A stretch of 64,000 nt of DNA, taken from Amoebidium appalachense. Taxonomy: Eukaryota; Protista; Ichthyosporea. The stretch spans positions 4,782,639 through 4,846,638 of the forward strand of contig CAVNZM010000011.1 of assembly GCA_963693365.1 (NCBI GenBank). The letters run 5' to 3'. Both the position numbers and the translations under genes were made by a program. The notes below the pieces were generated by a model. It saw only the letters and a list, made by a program, of their open reading frames with translations, was not told the DNA's origin and searched no databases. Each line of letters starts with the position of its first letter. Positions within the stretch are counted from its first letter, which is position 1. Positions 30,344 to 64,000 of the stretch are shown here, one piece after another.

Positions 30344-30783
30344 GTTTTTTAACTGACTAAAAGGGTCGGGGAGTTGTTTTTGAATTCCGTTTCAGTTGAT
30401 CACTTTTGTTTTCGTTGTTTTCCCAGATGACAGCGTACGTGGGTGTTCTTGCATGTTAGAATCTGTTGCACAGGGTTGCACACACACACACTTGTAACCG
30501 TGTGCGCCTGCTTTACTTCCTTATTCGTCATCGGATAATCCGTTTTCATACCTGCGTACCATGGCCAGAACATAACGTGTGTGCAAGCATGATACAAGAG
30601 ACGCGCCCCGGTCCTGTTGACGACAGCTCCTTTGAGTCCAATGCCATATGCATGCTTATTGCAATGCGACATATTGCGCACGGCACAGCATAACTCTCAC
30701 AATCTAGATCTGACACACACACACACACATGTGACGTCGACACACACACACACACGTACTTACACACACACACACACACACAG

Positions 30784-30819
<36 letters not shown>

Positions 30820-31230
30820 ACATACACACAAGTGTCACAGTGTCACACGGATGGCGCTTGTACTGTGTAACACATGCATGTAACTAGTATCTTTGATATT
30901 TAATTAAAGTAGTGTGCACGTGGAGTTGTGTGATATTGGCAATATGATAATGTGCACCAGGTTCATAAAAAGGTTGCTGCCAATTTGGTTCGCTGGCATC
31001 ATGAGAGTGTCACATAACATTGTGTCCATGGTTATCTGAGATGTAGCAGTCATAGTTGGAGCTCATATTCCAGTCACTGATATCTCTTTCTAGCCTTAGA
31101 TATATTATTACATAGTCGAGATCTCAGTCATGATCAGTGAAGTCCCCCCCCCCCCCCCCCCCCCCCCGGGGCCCGCCCCGCCCCCTCCCCCCTCCCCCCC
31201 CCCCCCCCCCCAGTTCCCCCCCCCTCCCCC

Positions 31231-31266
<36 letters not shown>

Positions 31267-31268
<2 letters not shown>

Positions 31269-31402
31269 ATGGGCTCTGCTTATGATCCATACTGTGCGCA
31301 TTGCTGATGTTGCATACTTGGAGGTTTGCCTTTGCATGCCGTGTGTCCTGCACCATGCTTCTCATCGCGTATCTGTACTTCGTACTGTGGTCCGCATTCA
31401 AC
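31267..31402 (+). repeat. Family A long variant (A2)
   Basis: GATGGGCTCTGCTT...GTACTTCGTAC..CCGCATTCAACCCC, between poly-C tracts. Confidence 0.75.
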
Positions 31403-32753
31403 CCCCCTCCCCCCCCCCCCCCCCTCCCCCCCCCCCTCCCCCCCTCTCCCTTCGCGATCGCGAGCCCCGGTAACTACACGCACACTGCATCTAATTCACT
31501 GATGTATGCGCACGGTGACCGGGCCCTTCTTTACGGTAACAAAAATTCTCCCAAAGGGCCCAACCACATGAGCATAATAGATATTCTGCGAACAGGGGTT
31601 TTATCATTCTCAGCTGTATAATAATATAACCGCAGAATTATTCTGGAAGAAGCTGAATTATTCCTCGAGTATTCAGCCGTGATTTTAAAGCAGAATGATT
31701 CTGCTGTTGGCTCTAGAATCATTTCGACTAATTAGCAGGACAGCTTCCACAGAACCAATTTTGCACGCGCAGAATTGATCGAGCAAAAAGCGAAGTACTT
31801 TCGTTAGGGTCACCAAATGCAGAAGTATTTTGTAAGGAGCAGGAGGATTCTGCTGATGTGGTTGGTTGGGTCCGACCTGAAATTTAAACAACGCATTTCA
31901 ACTTGTCGAATTGCCATTAATCATGACGTCATAACATTAGTTCCTATCTCACGTTTCGACTTGTCTAATTGCCACATAATATCATAGTAGTTCCTATCTC
32001 ACGTCAGTTTAGAGTGCAGAACCCTCGTCGACTAGAGTAGAGCACAGAAGTGATCGGTGGTTGTTGATATCGACGTTTATTGACTAGTGGTTGAATGAGT
32101 CCCGTCATTCTAGTTTATATACCTTTGTAGCTGAGAGAGCTAAGATATGATTGGGTAACTCATAATCCAATCGGAACTAAGCTAAGTAATAAACCAATCA
32201 GATCAACATCACCTAAGAATGTTCTGTACGAATCAGGAATATGAATACATTGATCCGGATCTTGAATAGATCCCGGCGGTACGCTAGTGTATGCACACAA
32301 GTCACACTATCGTAACAACGTCATGATGAAAATCCCAGTACTATGTATAGTATATGGGTTTAGAAAGCCTTTTAAATTTTTCATCTAAGAGCAACGGTTT
32401 TTAGGCCGCTAAGCCTTGAAAAAGGTACTTATTGTGTTCGTATTCTTGCGTAGTACATACGCAACGTGTTTGCTCTAAATACGAATATTGAATTCCGTAA
32501 TCTGGTCCAACCGCGGCTATATAGGCTCATAAGTCAGTACCAAAAACATTAATGCCTCATATATGCTATGTGACATCAATCGAAGTGAGTTCCCTGAAGG
32601 GAGGGAACATTACTATAGACCAAACACGGCTATCTAAATGAAGAAATGGGGAGTGCTGATTGGATAGTGCCGAGTGGGGGCCACTGGGTGGATGGGTGGG
32701 TGGGGTGGGTGGGTGGATAGGTGTGTGTGGGTGTGGGGGGTGTGTGTGACTGT

Positions 32754-32784
<31 letters not shown>

Positions 32785-33172
32785 GGGGGGGGGGGAGGGG
32801 GGGAGGGGGGGAGGGGAGGGGGGCTTTTCAGGGCAAGACCTTTGCAGTAAGTGTGGCACATGTATTCGCCATGTTCTCATCATTCGTGTCAACTAAAAAG
32901 ATGTATCCTCAGATCATATCTATTTATATACATGCAATTGCCAATGCAATCTCTACAGAAGGAATAAGGAACAAAAAGAAAGGAAAAAAAACAAGTCTGA
33001 GTGCATGGACACCTAAAGATTTTCATACGGAAGAACGACCATTAATATACATCTAAGTAGATATACATATACATACACATTGAGGAATGATAGTTTACAG
33101 AAAAGCTCTGTGCGCCAACCTACTGTTCACTTCCGTGGGTATGGTGTGTGTGTGTGTGTGTGCGCGCGCGCG

Positions 33173-33230
<58 letters not shown>

Positions 33231-33386
33231 CTGTGCGCGAGTGTAATTTGTGTTACACACCGTGGGAAACTGCATCTAGAAGTTATTGTACAGAACGTTT
33301 ACATCAACACCTTCCCCTAAATCCTGCGCAAATCAAACCGATGGTAAGAAGACCAAGCAAAAGGGGAAAAAAAAACTGGAAAAGAG

Positions 33387-35100
33387 TTAGCTATCGTGTG
33401 GTTTTGCGTTCGCAGTTTGCTTCAAATAACCCACCCACTCTACCTGCTCCACATGCCGTGGCACATACTGCAACCTAAGCAACCTTCCAAACACCCTAAA
33501 ACGAAAAACCTGTCCAGGGACACTCGGTAACAACCTCTCCCTCAAATCCCGAGGAATTTGCAAACACAATACAAAACCTACAAACTGGGACGCGCACATC
33601 CAGTAGTAGTTAATATCATACACGTTACTTGCCTCTTCACCATATATGGAAACCTGATGCCTATAAATGGCGTTGAAAATCATGCCGCCCACCAAACCCG
33701 CACCAGAGGGGGCAGCAGTCATAATCACGCCAAACAACCCACCCACGTTTCTTGTTCCGAAAAGATCTGTCAAGAACGCAGCAGCAAGAGAAAAACTCCC
33801 ACCGCTGAAAGAGGAACACAGAAACTGCGTCACGGCAAACGCCCAAAATAACCCGTTGTTGAAAAACATGGGGGTCAAACCCATAATCACAGCCTGTGTG
33901 GACAGAGCCAGGAGATAGAAATTCTTCCTGCCGAGATATTCCGAAGTTGCGCCGAAAATTAACCGCCCGAGAAGGTTGGATACTGCCGTTACGGCCACCA
34001 CCGTAGAGGATAGACTGAAAGTTTGGTGAAATTGCTTCTGGCACATATCTGCCAGGCGTGCGTTTGCCAGCAAGGAAGGGACATTACTGAGCATAAAGGT
34101 GAGATATATCAACCAATATTCGCGCGATTTCAGACATTCGAGTAGGCTCCAGTTCATCTCCGGCTCCCTGTAAACAGGTTCTCTCGTATTCTCGTTCGTT
34201 TCCGAAACCACCACCACTTTCATATCATCTGCCCCGGCTTGCCCCAGTTCTTCACTCGAATCTCCCTTTCCTTCTTTCGCCCCTGTGTTACCTCCCGCCT
34301 GTACTTGTTCGTTTGTTGCGCATGTTTCAGCGTTAATGCCGTTTTGGTCATCAGCTTGCCCTACTTCCTTCGATGCTGTCTTTATGTTAGGAGAGCTACG
34401 CGGTGTAGGTGGTGCTCTGACAACAAATGAACACAAAAACTCAATGACGAAAAACGCAATGCCGTGTATGACCAAACTCCACGACACACTCATGTTCTCG
34501 ATGAGTACAGCCTGTGTTTTGCTCGCGATGACCGCGCCCAAACCGAACCCAATCAGCGCCACAGAAGAAGCAACACCTCGATTCTCCGGAAACGATTTTT
34601 GCATAGGACCAACAGGCGTACAAAACGATGTTCCCAAACCGATGGCGGCAACCACGCCGTAACTGAAATATAGGAGGGGGAGAGATTTTAGATGCACGGC
34701 AAGCCCAGCCAGCAATTTCCCAGCGAGTAGAAAAAAATGCCGCAATTCGGAGGATTATAGCCGGGCCGTAACGTTCAATCACAGGGCCCATAACGGCGCC
34801 GGACAAACCAAACACACCCATACATATGTAGAAGGTGATGGCTGCCGTCCCCTCAGCAGAACCGACGTAATTCTCAATGGGAACGTTGTATACACTCCAG
34901 GAAATGTATGAGCCGGTACAAATCTGTATAAGTATAGCTGCTGGGACTAGCATCCAACGATTATAGCGAATGATCCCAAATAGATACTCTTCGGCTTTCT
35001 CTTGTTCGGGTGTGCGGCGTGATTTTACGTCTGTGTAATGCCAGTAGAAGATGGCCTTAAGGTTGGAGAGTTTTAGGGGTGGTCGCTCTTGTGCCCCCAT
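33387..35100 (-). CDS. MFS transporter, oxalate:formate antiporter-like (OFA) family, intronless, with one frameshift at a T7 run
   Basis: NRWMLVPAAILIQICTGSYISWSVYN in the 34441-35100 frame continues as LLAGLAVHLKSL..GVVAAIGLG..FPENRG..NLLGRL...FLTDLFG in the 33387-34745 frame. The frame switch is at 34731-34737. Confidence 0.85.
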
Positions 35101-35608
35101 TTTTCAAACGGATAACCCTCACAAAGGAGGTTATGCGTGCTATACACAGTGTTCTATTGCGTGCTATATATGGTTGCGCTAAATTCAAGTTGTGGCTCGG
35201 GCTAGTAGCCGGATCCGCACAAAGGAACAATGGATGTAACGGGCCACCCCACAATCCTATAACGCGAGCAAGCACGAATTTTCGAACGTGCAGCCTTAAA
35301 ACAAACGCAACAGCTCCTCATAGTTTCATGCTTGCCAGAGATGGCATACTAGAAACTCCGCTTGTCAAATGCTTGCCGCTTGAGTTTTTACAAAAAACAT
35401 GGTTTATCATGGCACCAAAAACATGCCAAGGCTTTATAAACGCGCACCTATGTACGAATAGCACGTGTTTCCACACAGTCTCACTGGAGCTGGCACACGA
35501 TTGCGTGATCACGATTTTGCCATTTGGCTCATGGCATGCGCCTGACGTCATTTGGGGTATTGAGATAGCCGGTGAGATATAGGCCGGGATAGTCCAGACT
35601 CCAGATAT

Positions 35609-37186
35609 TTTTTTATATAATGACTTTATTGGTATGCTCAGCAAAATAGAAGCCATCGAGATATCACCGATATCTCGGAGAAGAAAATACAAAAGCCCTC
35701 ACTCTCGAATATGGAGGAGATAACGACTTAAATAATCATACACCCTAGAAAACTCGTTAAACATACCGTGGTTCAACAGATAGTCAACAGACGTAATATC
35801 AGGATTATCTAAATAAGCCAGTCTTCTAATTTCTAACGGAATAATCTGAGATAAATAAATACATCCATCTAAGTGTTTACGAGAAAAAGGTTCTGCACAA
35901 AAGTGGCACAAACATTTATGGAAACAAAGGTTACAGCACCAAAATGAACATTTCTAAGCTATATCACCAGGAGGGGTTAGAATTGCAAAATCGGGAAGTG
36001 TGGTAGGTTTACGAGAGGAAGGATAAATATAAGTAGCTAATATACACAACGATTGTAAAGGAAATAGACGAGTCTCTAATATAAAAAGAAGCACAGGCTC
36101 AAGAGCCCTACCATGATACTTTTTATCACAACGATGAAGCAAAGGATATTGAGTATGAAACCAAGAAACATACTGCTGATAACTAGTAGAAGAGAAAAAT
36201 AAAGGAGATAAGTATTTAAAAGGATATCTCGTAATGGGAGAGAGATTGGGGATAGGACATTTCGCACGAACATTGGAAATGCTGGGAACAGGTGCTAAAG
36301 AAGGAAAGAATTGCAAAAAAGGATGATAAGAAGGAAGCCTAACCAAATGAAAACAAAAGCGAAGTCCTAATTCATTCATACGCTGGCGCGCCGGAGGGAG
36401 ACCAAAAACACTCACCAAGGGAGCTGCCAAAGGATGCCTACGCGAGGTTCGAGAAATAAACTGGATGAATTCACGCTGAAAGGAATCGAATTCCCGAAGA
36501 GCCGCGCGCTGTTGCCGTGGAGGGGCACACAAGAGTAACGGGAGGCCATATTCGAAACATGGACGAAGAAAAACTTTATAAAGAGTGAGCAAATTGGCAG
36601 GATGAATATTAGAGATATTTGCGAATATTCCTTGATAGATATGTTAGCGACCACGCGCACGAGAAATGTGCGAAGTCAAAAGGCGCTCAAACCAGATACC
36701 CTTAGAGGTGAAAGGAATACCTAAATAGTCATAGGAGGACACGATTGGGATACCTTACGCGAGGGGTTGATTGTTCAGAGTGTACTGTGCATTGGAAGAG
36801 AAGGTACATGGACGAAGAAAAACTTTATAAAGAGTGAGGAAATTGGCAGGATGAATATTAGAGATATTTGAGAATATTCCTTGATAGATATGTAAGCGAC
36901 CACGCGCACGCGTACGAGAAATGCGTGAAGTCAAAAGGCGCTCTAACCAGATACCCTTAGAGGTGAAAGGAATACCTAAATAGTCATAGGAGGACACAAT
37001 TGGGATAGGTTGATTGTTCAGAGTGTACTGTGCATTGGAAGAAAAGGTCATGGACGAAGAAAAACTTTATAGAGTGAGCAAATTGGCAGGATGAATATTA
37101 GAGATATTTGCGAATTCGAATATTCCTTGATAGATATGTAAGCGACCACGCGCACGAGACATGCGCAAAGTCAAAAGGCGCTCAAA
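35609..37186 (-). mobile_element. 5'-truncated non-LTR retrotransposon (LINE) with internally triplicated 5' segment
   Basis: RT thumb motifs YDYLGI and LYKVFLRPCFEYG, C-terminal C-x2-C-x7-H-x3-C (CHFCAEPFSRKHLDGC), AATAAA and a short A-tail at ~35630-35609. Direct repeat CCAGATAT at 35601-35608 and 37187-37194. Confidence 0.85.
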
Positions 37187-37832
37187 CCAGATATCCCCGA
37201 GACAAACCCGATCTATCTCATATGGCATCGAGAACCTCAGAAAGAAAAAACCAAAAAGAAAGTTATGGCGCCGTTTGAGGAGCCTGGGAATGCTCTGTCT
37301 GTCTGTGTGCTGTCTGTGAATTCGCACTGACTAAATATGGGGGGGGGGAGGGGGGGGGGGGGGGGGAGGTGGTGGGTGGGTGGGTGGGGGGGCCTAGGGG
37401 GGCCCGGGGAGCCGGGGGGAGGGGGGAGGGGATGGGCACATATGAACCCCCAAGGTGCACGTGCATTAAGTTCAGTGTCTCTCACTATGAAGTGAGGCCC
37501 GGTGGTGCTTGCAGCGGCGTGATAGGCTGTGGCGAGTGTGTGCCTGTGCCTGTGTCTGCGTGTGTGTGCCTGTGCCTGTGTCTGTGTTTGTGTCTGTGTG
37601 TGTGTGTGTGTCTGCGTGTACATGTGTGCGTGTGTGTCCGTGTCTGCGTGTGTGTACGTGACTGCATGTGGGTGGCCCGGGTGTCACGTGTAGCTTGTGC
37701 CTTGTGTGAGACTGTGTATGTGTGTGCATGTATGCAAGGCATGCACTGGCTGAGTCATGGTGCAATTGTCTGTGTGCAAATGTGCGTGCAGTTGTGGTGA
37801 ATAAGAGGGGCTAGGGAGGAGGGAGTTGGTGT

Positions 37833-37883
<51 letters not shown>

Positions 37884-38246
37884 TGGCACAAGGGGGGGAA
37901 CACATGGCCTTTTTTAGCATACTGACGACGGTGTGTTGGAGATTATCCTTCACAATAATATCAGTGCCCGGGCCAGCCAGGGCATGAACCAATTCATCAA
38001 CATGACACTTGGCATGAAAAAATGCACCATAATAGAGACAGGGAGAAAATGCTGGTGGCGCTAATAATGAAGATAAGAAAAAGGTACCATAATGTGTTCG
38101 ACAACATCAGCAGGGAAGCCAGAGGAAGGAGAATGCGATACATTTATGTAACAAATAACACGGAAATTCGTAGCATTTCATAAACACATTGAAGCATGCT
38201 TACACATTCGAGCATAACCATAATAACAGGAGGACTGAAAATTCAA

Positions 38247-38294
<48 letters not shown>

Positions 38295-38496
38295 ACCCCA
38301 ACCCCCTTCTTGGGCAGGCATCGTTCGAAGAATTTGTGGGGCAAAAAGAAGAAAAAGACATGCAAATGTCATAAGCAAAAGGCGCCCTGGATGAAGTGCA
38401 AAGCTCCTCCACCTTCCGGCTAAAAAAAAAAAAAAAAAAGAAAAAAAAAAAGAGAAAAGAAAAGAAATTTGAAGGGCATAAAAAGGAGACAAGACA

Positions 38497-63980
<25,484 letters not shown>

Positions 63981-64000
63981 CCGTACCAAAAAAAAAAAAA

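Overview
Eukaryotic nuclear DNA from an opisthokont, probably a unicellular holozoan such as an ichthyosporean (inferred from the animal-like TSC2 and the intron style). Introns and intergenic DNA are saturated with poly-C/poly-G tracts and (CA)n/(GA)n microsatellites, so most entries in the ORF track are artefacts. From left to right the window holds: a complete-ended P-element/THAP DNA transposon (33-bp TIRs, 8-bp TSD) whose predicted spliced ORF lacks the catalytic core; a secreted bacterial-type metzincin peptidase with FN3 repeats and an in-frame TAG before a Cys-rich tail; an intronless SLC38/AVT amino-acid transporter; a 6-exon mitochondrial ribosomal protein L9 gene with a 128-bp hairpin element in intron 2; a 3-exon V-ATPase subunit G gene whose last acceptor is amplified into a tandem array; an intronless OFA-type MFS transporter with one homopolymer frameshift; a 5'-truncated LINE with TSD; and the 3' part of a multi-exon TSC2/tuberin gene. 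The most unusual signals are a dispersed ~110-bp poly-C-flanked element lying almost always sense within introns, a recurrent intron layout (poly-C after donors, (CA)n abutting acceptors), and duplicated 3' splice sites. All gene models were read by eye, with no database searches or RNA data.
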